This document shows positions 40,529 to 48,883 of a stretch of DNA of 64,000 nt, piece by piece (the stretch's first letter is position 1; each line of letters begins with the position of its first letter). The DNA lies in NCBI GenBank assembly GCA_950072105.1, contig CATMOE010000005.1:1-64000 (forward strand). The letters run 5' to 3'. The notes beneath the pieces were generated by a model. The model was not told where the DNA came from. It ran no database searches and worked only from the letters and a program-made list of their open reading frames with translations. The translations under genes were made by a program, and so were the position numbers. This DNA comes from an uncultured Dehalococcoidia bacterium. GTDB lineage: Bacteria; Chloroflexota; Dehalococcoidia; Lucifugimonadales; UBA3495.

Positions 40529-40858
40529 TTAGCTGGCCAGCACCGCGTCAATCTTGCTCTTCAAGACTCCCTTGGGGACCGCGCCGACTATCTGGTCAAC
40601 CGGCTGGCCGTTTTTGAAGAAGATCAGGGCGGGTATGCTCCGGATGCCGTACTTCGTGGCGATGGCAGGAGCGGTGTCCACGTCGAGCTTGCCGACATTG
40701 ATCTGACCGTCATATTCTACCGCCATCTCATGTACGGTCGGGGCAATCATCTTACAAGGACCACACCACTCAGCCCAGAAATCCACCATTACGGGCAGAT
40801 CCGACTCTAGCACTTCCGCATCCCAATTGTCCTCGTTGACTTCAAAGGGTTCCGACAT
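40529..40858 (-). CDS. trxA: Thioredoxin
   Basis: VDFWAEWCGPCKM, IRSIP. Confidence 0.96.
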   Translation of the reverse strand: MSEPFEVNEDNWDAEVLESDLPVMVDFWAEWCGPCKMIAPTVHEMAVEYDGQINVGKLDVDTAPAIATKYGIRSIPALIFFKNGQPVDQIVGAVPKGVLKSKIDAVLAS

Positions 40859-41023
40859 TGTTTATGCCTCCATAGCATTTTGGTTTACGTATACTTAGAT
40901 GCGTTGGGGACCGTTGCGGTTCATTAATTGCCCCAATGGCCCCCCAGATTTGCCCAGTTTATACCCGAGCCAGACCAAGGTCAACATCGGGGAGTCGCTG
41001 CTTGGCGCGCGGGAATCGGCAGC

Positions 41024-41113
41024 GTCCCCTCCTTAATGAATGAGGGAATTAAGCGGAGGTTTTTCCGCGGAGAGGGGACGACCCCCCTGTAGTCCCCCCC
41101 TCTAAAAAGGGAC
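41024..41113. repeat. REPIN/MITE-like element, related to 9933-10017
   Basis: gtccc..gggac termini with internal inverted units. Confidence 0.55.
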
Positions 41114-41221
41114 ATATACTTGGTCTCTCGGGAACTGCTAACGTTGTGATTGGCACGGAACTGAACACGAATCATTGGCTTCCGGCCCTCCTTACTTGTA
41201 TATTGTTGTTTAGGTACTTAA

Positions 41222-43060
41222 TTGCAAGAATTGAAATTAGTTAAAGGACAACAGATAACCCTGTCCCTGGTCTCCTGGGGGCGCTTGGGCGAAGCCATGG
41301 GCCAATGGGAGGAGACGGACGTCTTCGTGACCGGGGGCATACCAGGGGAGAAGGTGGTCGCCGAGGTGGTCAGGGTGCACCGGCGCTACGCCGCGGCGTC
41401 GGTGATAGAAGTGTTGGAGGCGTCGGAATGGCGGGTCGAGCCGCCTTGCCCCTACTACGGCGTGTGCTCCGGATGCCAGTGGCAGCACGTTGACTACCAG
41501 CACCAGCTGACCGTCAAGCAGGAAAAAGTGGCCGACGCTTTGCATCGGGTGGGAGACTTCATCGAATCTCCGGTGTTGCCGGTAAGGCCGTCGCCCATCC
41601 AGTACGGTTATCGCAACCACGCCAGGTTCACCATAAACCGGGATGGCGACCTGGGTTTCGTGAATCGGCAGACCCGGCAGTTCGTACGGATCGATCGCTG
41701 CATGCTGATGCATGAGGGTATCAACGGCCCTCTGGCGGAGCTGCAAGGCAAATGCGCCGAGACATCCCAGCTTTCCATAAGGTCGGGGCAGGAAACCAGG
41801 GATACTCTGGTGCAGCCGACCCTGATCAATCCGGAGATCTCCCTGGCCAGCGGCCAGAAATTCTACGGTGACTCGATCGACGGGCACGCGTTTCGGGTGT
41901 CGTCTCCCTCGTTCTTCCAGGTAAACGTGGAGCAGACGGTTCAAGTGGTGCAGGTCATCCGGGAAGCGCTGGATGTGAAGAAAACCGACGTACTGCTGGA
42001 CGCCTACACCGGAGTCGGCACCTTTGCCGTCCTTATGGCGCCCTACGTCCGGAAAGTAATCGCGGTGGAGGAGTCCTCGGCGGCGGTGGCCGACGCCCGG
42101 CTGAATACGGGCGGGATCCCCAACATCGAATTGGTCCTGGGTAGGACCGAAGACGTGCTGCCCAACCTTACGGAGAAACCAGACGCGGCGATATTGGACC
42201 CGCCCCGCGCCGGTTGCCATCCCCGGACGATAGAGAGCTTGATCGAGCTGTCGCCGCCCAAGATAGCCTATGTGTCCTGCGACGCGGAAACCTTGGGCCG
42301 AGACCTGAAACTACTGTGCGAAAGCGCCTACACGTTGGAACAGGTAGTCCCTTTGGATATGTTCCCCCAAACCCATCACGTGGAGTGCGTGGCCTTGCTC
42401 ACCCGTAAAGCTCCGGCTGCTCCAATCATTTTGGCGTCGGCATCGCCTCGGCGCCGGGAGTTGCTGACTGGCTTGGGACTGGACTTCCAGGTGGTTCCCG
42501 CCGATATCCTGGAGGAGCCTCAGCCCGGCGAGATTCCTTTGAAGATGGCGGAACGTTTGTCCTTGGAAAAGGCCCAGGCCGTGGCCGCCCGGTTCCAGCA
42601 TGGGTTCGTCATCGCCGCCGATAGCGTCGTGGTACACCAGGGCCGGCCCTACGGAAAGCCGATCGACGCCGATGATGCCCGCCGGATGTTGCGGGAGCTA
42701 CGGGGCACCAGCCATCAGGTGGTCACCGGGATCACCGTGATGAACGTTGAAGACGGCCGGGTTCTAACGGACAGCATGGCCAGCGACGTGTCGATTCGGG
42801 ACTTCACGGACGGCGAGATGGAGATTTCCATCGCGACGGGCACACCGATGGACAAAGCAGGGGCCTACGCGGTGCAGGACGAAGAATTTCGCCCGGCCCG
42901 ATCCTGGGAAGGGTGCTACACCAACATCATCGGCCTGCCTCTTTGCCGCCTGAGCCAGATGCTGGCCGAGTTGGGGTTTGATGGGACACTGAGCCATCCC
43001 GATGCGGACTCGCCCGTCTGCGGTCCGACCTGCCCGCTCCGGCCGGAAGTAACACCATGA
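41222..43060 (+). CDS. Fusion of RlmD/TrmA-type RNA m5U methyltransferase (TRAM + Fe-S) and Maf nucleotide pyrophosphatase
   Basis: CPYYGVCSGCQWQ, SFFQVN, DAYTGVG, LDPPRAG, DMFPQTHHVE, then in frame IILASASPRRRELL, AADSVV, GKP, DKAGAY. Confidence 0.88.
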   Translation: MQELKLVKGQQITLSLVSWGRLGEAMGQWEETDVFVTGGIPGEKVVAEVVRVHRRYAAASVIEVLEASEWRVEPPCPYYGVCSGCQWQHVDYQHQLTVKQEKVADALHRVGDFIESPVLPVRPSPIQYGYRNHARFTINRDGDLGFVNRQTRQFVRIDRCMLMHEGINGPLAELQGKCAETSQLSIRSGQETRDTLVQPTLINPEISLASGQKFYGDSIDGHAFRVSSPSFFQVNVEQTVQVVQVIREALDVKKTDVLLDAYTGVGTFAVLMAPYVRKVIAVEESSAAVADARLNTGGIPNIELVLGRTEDVLPNLTEKPDAAILDPPRAGCHPRTIESLIELSPPKIAYVSCDAETLGRDLKLLCESAYTLEQVVPLDMFPQTHHVECVALLTRKAPAAPIILASASPRRRELLTGLGLDFQVVPADILEEPQPGEIPLKMAERLSLEKAQAVAARFQHGFVIAADSVVVHQGRPYGKPIDADDARRMLRELRGTSHQVVTGITVMNVEDGRVLTDSMASDVSIRDFTDGEMEISIATGTPMDKAGAYAVQDEEFRPARSWEGCYTNIIGLPLCRLSQMLAELGFDGTLSHPDADSPVCGPTCPLRPEVTP

Positions 43061-43341
43061 ACTTCATGGGCATGGGTATCATGGAGCTTGCGGTGATCTT
43101 CCTGGTTTCCTTTTTAGTGCTGGGTCCTTCCAAGTCCATCGACATGGCGCGAACCGCAGGCAAGGTGATCCGGGACCTGCGGAGCGCCATGTCGGATCTG
43201 ACTTCTGCGGTGGACTTGGACCAGACTTCCCCTCCCTCGGCCCCTTCGCAGGCATCAACGACGGCCCCTACGAATGAACTCCAGCCCGGAGTCGCAGTTC
43301 CCTTAGAAGAAAACACCACCGGCAAGTCTGAGGATGAGTGA
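43057..43341 (+). CDS. tatB: TatA/TatB-family subunit
   Basis: MG..EL..I....FLVLGP; amphipathic helix; upstream of tatC. Confidence 0.75.
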   Translation: MNFMGMGIMELAVIFLVSFLVLGPSKSIDMARTAGKVIRDLRSAMSDLTSAVDLDQTSPPSAPSQASTTAPTNELQPGVAVPLEENTTGKSEDE

Positions 43342-44098
43342 CCAACAGCTAACTTTGCTTCAACACCTGGGGGAGCTGAGAAAGCGGCTTTTTATCTCCG
43401 TTTTGGCTCTATTGGCGGGCAGCGCCGTATCCTTTGCTTTTTTCAAGCAGATCATCGAGTTTTTGGTCCGGCCCGCCCGGGATCTGGGCGGGGATGCCGG
43501 AGCCCAGTTGATCTACATCGAGGTGACCGAACTATTGACGACCAGCGTCAAGGTGTCTTTCGTCGGCGGATTCATCTTGGCCTCCCCGGTGATCCTGTAC
43601 CACCTCATCATGTTCGTCGCGCCGGGTCTGACCGGAAGGGAGAAGCGCTATTTGCTCGCCTTTCTGCCGGCGGTGCTGGGGGCGTTCGCCGCGGGCGTAG
43701 CTTTCGCCTACTTCGTTATGACCCCGCCGGCGCTCCACTTCTTGCTTACCTTCGGTGGCGACGTGGCGACGCCGATGATTCGGATAAGCAACATCGTCAA
43801 TCTGATGATCCGGCTTCTCGTCTGGATGGGTATCGTTTTTGAGACACCCCTGGTTATATACCTATTGGCGCTTCTGGGCATTGTCAACACCCGAATACTG
43901 GGAAAGTTTCGACGATATTGGGTGATCGTTTCTTTCGTACTGGCCGCGATCATCACGCCGACATTCGACCCCTTCAACCAAGTCCTGGTGGCGGCGCCCC
44001 TGCTGGTACTGTACGAACTCGGCGTCCTGCTGGCCCGCTTGGCCGGACGCAAGCGAACCCGGTCTGAGGCGATCGTTCCTTTTTCCGAGCCTGACTGA
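43334..44098 (+). CDS. tatC: Twin-arginine translocase TatC
   Basis: HLGELRKRL, FVAPGL...EK, FETP, AAIITPT.DP. Confidence 0.95.
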   Translation: MSDQQLTLLQHLGELRKRLFISVLALLAGSAVSFAFFKQIIEFLVRPARDLGGDAGAQLIYIEVTELLTTSVKVSFVGGFILASPVILYHLIMFVAPGLTGREKRYLLAFLPAVLGAFAAGVAFAYFVMTPPALHFLLTFGGDVATPMIRISNIVNLMIRLLVWMGIVFETPLVIYLLALLGIVNTRILGKFRRYWVIVSFVLAAIITPTFDPFNQVLVAAPLLVLYELGVLLARLAGRKRTRSEAIVPFSEPD

Positions 44099-44131
44099 CC
44101 AGTGGTGCGCGGTAACGTCCCGCCCCAATAA

Positions 44132-44159
44132 AAAGGGACCGGCAATCGCCGGTCCCTTT
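44132..44159. terminator. Bidirectional terminator
   Basis: aaagggaccggc-aatc-gccggtcccttt between convergent tatC and tatA. Confidence 0.8.
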
Positions 44160-44196
44160 GACTTACCCGAATGATGTTCTATCGACGCTAGTTCGT

Positions 44197-44400
44197 CTAA
44201 AGCGGATCTTTGTCTGAACTGGTCGTGGCCTCACTCCCGGCAGCTTCATTGTCGTCTTCACCGGTTACAGCGCTCTTAAACGTCCTGATACCTTTGCCCA
44301 GGGAGGAGCCTATCTCCGGCAGCCGCTTAGCGCCGAAAATCAGCATGATTACCAGCAAAATGATTAATAGCTCCGGTATGCCCAGCGGGCCGATTCTCAT
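44197..44400 (-). CDS. tatA: Twin-arginine translocase TatA
   Basis: G.PELLIIL...LIFGAKRLPEIG.SLGKGIR.FK. Confidence 0.93.
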   Translation of the reverse strand: MRIGPLGIPELLIILLVIMLIFGAKRLPEIGSSLGKGIRTFKSAVTGEDDNEAAGSEATTSSDKDPL

Positions 44401-44541
44401 GTTGGTCACTTTCCTTGTAAGCCATTCTAAGCCATTTCTATCTGGCTTTAGACTGTAATGATAACAAAAATGCCCGTCCCGGCACAATTGGCTAAGGAAC
44501 GAGTTCTACGCTAGATAGGCCTGATATTAAGCCAGAGATGA

Positions 44542-44570
44542 TTGACAGCACCAAAGTCCGACACTAAGCT
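44542..44570 (+). promoter_or_regulatory. Putative sigma70 promoter
   Basis: TTGACA-17 bp-TAAGCT. Confidence 0.45.
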
Positions 44571-44727
44571 CCAAATACTTTGCTCGGACTCTGCTAGCGG
44601 CATCGGGCCGGGTGATGTGTGGAATCCGAATTGATAGTTTGAGACAACCCAGAAAGTGCTATCATCACGGGAATCAGGACGATCTGGGAAATCCTAACTT
44701 AGAAGACGAAGCGTTCAAGGAGGGTCT

Positions 44728-46302
44728 ATGAAATATGACGTTATCATCGTTGGCGGAGGAGCGGCTGGATCAGTGCTGGCCAGCAGGCTGGCTGAAAACC
44801 CGAATACATCCGTTCTATTGCTGGAAGCCGGGACGGATTACCCGGACCCAGACAATCTTCCGGACGAGATAAAGTGGGGCCACACGAGATATGCGGAATC
44901 CCCAGACTCGAAACACAACTGGGCGTTGCGAGGAACGATCACCGAGGAGCAAGGGGAGATCCACGTGGCCCAGGGCAAGGTTATCGGGGGAGGGTCGTCC
45001 ATCAACGGCCAGGCGATGCAAAGGGGATTGCCCGAGGATTTCGACTCGTGGTCTTCTTTAGGCAACGAAGAATGGTCTTATACCAAAGTCTTGCCCTTCT
45101 TTAGAAAATCGGAGCATGATCTAGACATTCGAGATGATTTCCATGGAACGGACGGGCCGATGCCGGTAAGGCGCCGCCAGTCAGGCGCCTGGCCTGACAT
45201 CCAAAAAGCCTTCCATGCCGCCTGTTTGGAGGCTGGATTCGGGGCCTGCGAAGATACCAATGGTCCGAACCCCTCCGGCGTTGGGGTGGCTCCCACGAAC
45301 AACCTTGACGGCATGAGAATGAGCGCCGCCATGACTCATCTCAACCCGATGCGCCACCGTCTTAACCTTACGGTGCGGGGAGGGGTTTTCGTCAGGAAGG
45401 TCTTGATCGAGGATCTAAAGGCCGTGGGCGTGGAAGTCGAAAGCGGGGGAGAGGTCTTCAACGTTGAAGCAGACCGGGTTGTGCTGAGCGCCGGGGCTAT
45501 CAAATCGCCCCACCTGCTCATGTTATCGGGGATCGGCCCCAAGGACCAACTTGAGAAATTTGGTATAACGGCGGTTCATGATCTCCCCGGCGTAGGGCAG
45601 AACCTGATGAACCACCTGAGCGCCCAGGTTACCTTCAAGGTCAAAGAAGGTGTCACCATCGCTGCCGATCACGAAGCGGCTCACTTTAGTTTGCATTACA
45701 CCTCCCAAGGGTCCAGCGAGACCAACGATATGTTGCTGAGGACTACCGCCGTTGTCGACCAAAGAGAGGAGCGAGTAGCTGGTGTACGGACCAAGTACCT
45801 GACCGGTGAAGTTCCACCGGACCAGGTGGCCCGGATATCGTGTACTCTCGGGTTGCCCGACGGCTCGGGAAACGTCAGCTTGGCGTCCGCCGACCCCAGC
45901 GTGCAGCCGTCCTTTAACTACCGTTATCTCCAGCATCCAAACGACATCCGGCGGGTAAGGGAAGGCGTGCGGATGGCCATCAGCTTTCTGGAATCCGACG
46001 CGTACAAAGACTTGGCCGATCACCGGATCCAACCAACAGACGACATTCTGGCCGACGACGACGCTTTGGACCTGTGGATACGCCAGATCGTGGGAAGCGC
46101 CAGGCACGTGTCGGGCACCTGTAAGATGGGACCTGATTCAGACCCAATGGCGGTAGTCGACCAATACTGCAGCGTCAAGGGAGTTCAAGGGTTGTCGGTG
46201 GTTGATGCGTCGGTGATGCCGCGAGTTCCCAGGTCCGGGGGCGCCCATGCGACGGTTGTCATGATAGGGGAACGCGCCGCCGATTGGATCGCGCCGCGTT
46301 AA
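44728..46302 (+). CDS. GMC oxidoreductase (choline dehydrogenase-like)
   Basis: YDVIIVGGGAAG, GKVIGGGSSING, LMLSGIGP, H.SGTCKMG, VVDASVMP. Confidence 0.92.
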   Translation: MKYDVIIVGGGAAGSVLASRLAENPNTSVLLLEAGTDYPDPDNLPDEIKWGHTRYAESPDSKHNWALRGTITEEQGEIHVAQGKVIGGGSSINGQAMQRGLPEDFDSWSSLGNEEWSYTKVLPFFRKSEHDLDIRDDFHGTDGPMPVRRRQSGAWPDIQKAFHAACLEAGFGACEDTNGPNPSGVGVAPTNNLDGMRMSAAMTHLNPMRHRLNLTVRGGVFVRKVLIEDLKAVGVEVESGGEVFNVEADRVVLSAGAIKSPHLLMLSGIGPKDQLEKFGITAVHDLPGVGQNLMNHLSAQVTFKVKEGVTIAADHEAAHFSLHYTSQGSSETNDMLLRTTAVVDQREERVAGVRTKYLTGEVPPDQVARISCTLGLPDGSGNVSLASADPSVQPSFNYRYLQHPNDIRRVREGVRMAISFLESDAYKDLADHRIQPTDDILADDDALDLWIRQIVGSARHVSGTCKMGPDSDPMAVVDQYCSVKGVQGLSVVDASVMPRVPRSGGAHATVVMIGERAADWIAPR

Positions 46303-46330
46303 CCCCGTCCAACATATATGTTTGGTAGGT

Positions 46331-46359
46331 GATGGGGCTCTCTAATTTGGAGCCCCATC
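46331..46359. terminator. Hairpin between convergent genes
   Basis: gatggggctc..gagccccatc. Confidence 0.6.
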
Positions 46360-46414
46360 TGCTCAGTCAAAAGTTCTCCGGCCCTCGGCGCTCACCGGCA
46401 CAGTTGGCTGGTGC

Positions 46415-47398
46415 TCAGTCTATCGTCAGTACGATCTTACCGAAATTGGCGTTGGTTTCCATGTAGCGGTGGGCCTCCGCAACCTCTTCCAAGGGAAAAG
46501 TTCGGTCCACCACCGGCTTCATGCTCCCGGAAACCAGGTGGGGAAGCACGTGGCGCTTGAACTGGGCGGTCACGATCAGCTTCTCTTCGATGGACCGGCC
46601 CCTTAAGGTAGTTCCGCACACTTGCAGACGCTTGGCCATCAAGTCCCGCAGATCCACTTGGACCTGGCCGCCGCCCATCAGGCCCACCTCGACAATGCGT
46701 CCCAAGTTGGCCATGGAAGCGATATTCTGGTCCCAGTAAGGGCCGCCGATGAAGTCTATAAGCACGTCTACCCCGGCGCCCGCGGTTTTTTCTTTTACCA
46801 CGGCCGCGAAGTCCTGCTCGTGATAATTGATGCCCACGTCCATGCCCAATTCGGCCGCTCCAGCCAGTTTCGCCGCCGAACCGGCTGTACCGAACACAAA
46901 TGCTCCGGCATGGTGGGCCAACTGTACTGCTGCCGTGCCAACACCGCTTCCCGCCGCATGGACCAGCACGGTCTCTCCCATCTGGAGGTTGGCCTGGTTG
47001 AATAGCGCGTCGTAGGCGGTGAAATATACTTCCGGGGTCGCGGCGGCTTGGACAAAGTCCCATCCATCGGGGATAGGAATAGCCATGCGGTGATGGGTGA
47101 TGATACGGCTGGCATAACCGCCTCCGCCGAGGAGTCCAAAAACTCGGTCCCCCTTCGCCATGCCAATCACCCGATCGCCGGCCTCAAGAACCACTCCGGC
47201 GAACTCCAATCCCAGGATGTCCGATGGGCTACCGGGAGGGGAAGGATAGCCGCCTTGACGCTGAAGAGTGTCGGCGCGGTTCAAGGCGGTAGCTCTCACG
47301 TCAACCAGGATGTCTTCAGGGCCGGGGGCCGGGTCATCGACCTCCATTATCTTCAGAACTTCGGGACCGCCTGGCTCGGTTATAACGGCTGCGCGCAT
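46415..47398 (-). CDS. NAD(P)H-quinone oxidoreductase (PIG3-like)
   Basis: LNRAD.LQR.G.YP, GLEFAG, HAAGSGVGTAA, GKIVL. Confidence 0.92.
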   Translation of the reverse strand: MRAAVITEPGGPEVLKIMEVDDPAPGPEDILVDVRATALNRADTLQRQGGYPSPPGSPSDILGLEFAGVVLEAGDRVIGMAKGDRVFGLLGGGGYASRIITHHRMAIPIPDGWDFVQAAATPEVYFTAYDALFNQANLQMGETVLVHAAGSGVGTAAVQLAHHAGAFVFGTAGSAAKLAGAAELGMDVGINYHEQDFAAVVKEKTAGAGVDVLIDFIGGPYWDQNIASMANLGRIVEVGLMGGGQVQVDLRDLMAKRLQVCGTTLRGRSIEEKLIVTAQFKRHVLPHLVSGSMKPVVDRTFPLEEVAEAHRYMETNANFGKIVLTID

Positions 47399-47869
47399 GA
47401 ATCTTGTCCTTTCAGATCTAGGCTTGAATCAGGGGGTCGTAATCGCCTGGGGAGATTGCGGACCAGTTTATCACCCTTTAATCGTGCCCGTTGTAGAGTG
47501 GCATGCCTATCACGAGGTTGCATACTTGGGACACTCTATATAGGAACTATAGTGGTCAACGCGTCCGGGGCCAGTGGCCGTCGATCAAGGATTGGTAGCA
47601 GGCTCAATCTCTTGGTTGATCGCGTTTAAGTGCGCCCTTTTTGTAGCTCTGTTAGCGAGTATTACTGGGATGCGCCGGCGCAAGAAACGTGAAGGAAGGC
47701 ATTCGTAGTTGAAGCGCGACGAGGTGTATAATCGCGGCGGCAACAGCGAAAGCTTCGCCATAAGAGTCGTCACGCCGCTGGAGGCACTTGATCGGTGACG
47801 GCGAAAATGCCTCTTTCCGGCTCAAATCCAACCCAAATTTCCACTGGATTCCCTATCGCGGAGATAAAT

Positions 47870-48568
47870 ATGCATGAGTTGAACATCGATCCCTGGTTCG
47901 TGGACAAGGCGAAGCAGTCCCGCGACGGTAGGCTCAATGCCTATGAAACTCTGGATGCAAGTAAGACGGCGCTCGTCGTTGTCGATATGCAGAATTATTT
48001 CGTCGCCGACGGCATGCCGTCCTGTGCGCCCCAGGCGCGAACGATCGTGCCCAACATTAACCGCCTGGCCCAGGCAACGCGGACGGCCGGTGGGAAGGTG
48101 ATCTGGGTCCAGACCGAAGCGCTCTCCACGGACCCCCAGGACTGGGCCAACCGCAAGGAAGCAACGAGCGCCGCACGGTGGGCAAGTCGTCAATCGCTTT
48201 TAGCAACGGACGGCGATGGATTTCCGATCTACTCCACCTGCGAGGTGTTGCCGGAGGACAAGATCGCGATCAAGTACCGCTACTCGGCGTTCATTCCATA
48301 CCCATCGGAACTTGACGGCCTGCTCCGTGAGCTAGGCATCGACACGCTGCTCATCACCGGCGTTGCGACCAGCACGTGTTGCGAGTCGACCGCGCGTGAC
48401 GCTGCCATGTGGGACTACCGCACTATCATGGTCTCAGACGGCAACGCCGACCAGACGGATGCGCTGCACAATCACACGCTGGGCAAGTTTCTGGTGACCT
48501 TCGGCGATGTCCAGTCGACCGACGATTTGCTCACAAAGCTGAAGGCACCGGTGAAATCAGGAACCTGA
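47870..48568 (+). CDS. Isochorismatase-family cysteine hydrolase
   Basis: TALVVVDMQNYF, KYRYSAF, TGVATSTCCESTARDA. ATG at 47870 after GGAGA. Confidence 0.9.
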   Translation: MHELNIDPWFVDKAKQSRDGRLNAYETLDASKTALVVVDMQNYFVADGMPSCAPQARTIVPNINRLAQATRTAGGKVIWVQTEALSTDPQDWANRKEATSAARWASRQSLLATDGDGFPIYSTCEVLPEDKIAIKYRYSAFIPYPSELDGLLRELGIDTLLITGVATSTCCESTARDAAMWDYRTIMVSDGNADQTDALHNHTLGKFLVTFGDVQSTDDLLTKLKAPVKSGT

Positions 48569-48883
48569 ACCTCAGCGGCCTGAAAACAAACACCGCCAGC
48601 CCGTGATTTTTGGGGAGTTCAACGCTTCCCCGTCTCCCCGTCCAATCTCGTCTGCGTGATGTTAAAATCGGAAAATTCTTGCGTCGATCCGCAAAGTAAG
48701 CCAGAAAGAGGATCGCTTTATAGCCCCACGGCAAAGAGAATTCGATGATCCGTCTGTGACCTAACGCCTTGGGCTGAGGACACGATCGGCTCTCTCCGAA
48801 TAATTACGAGGTGCGCCGGGAGATCTCAACCGACTTACCACGGACGGTGACCCCATACCGGCGATAGTTGGAGTTGAACCGCT

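Noticed and set aside
47736..47815. HDV-like ribozyme, or SAM-II/SAM-V/fluoride/guanidine riboswitch
   Set aside because: Required consensus elements and stem order do not fit; kept only as an unknown structured leader.
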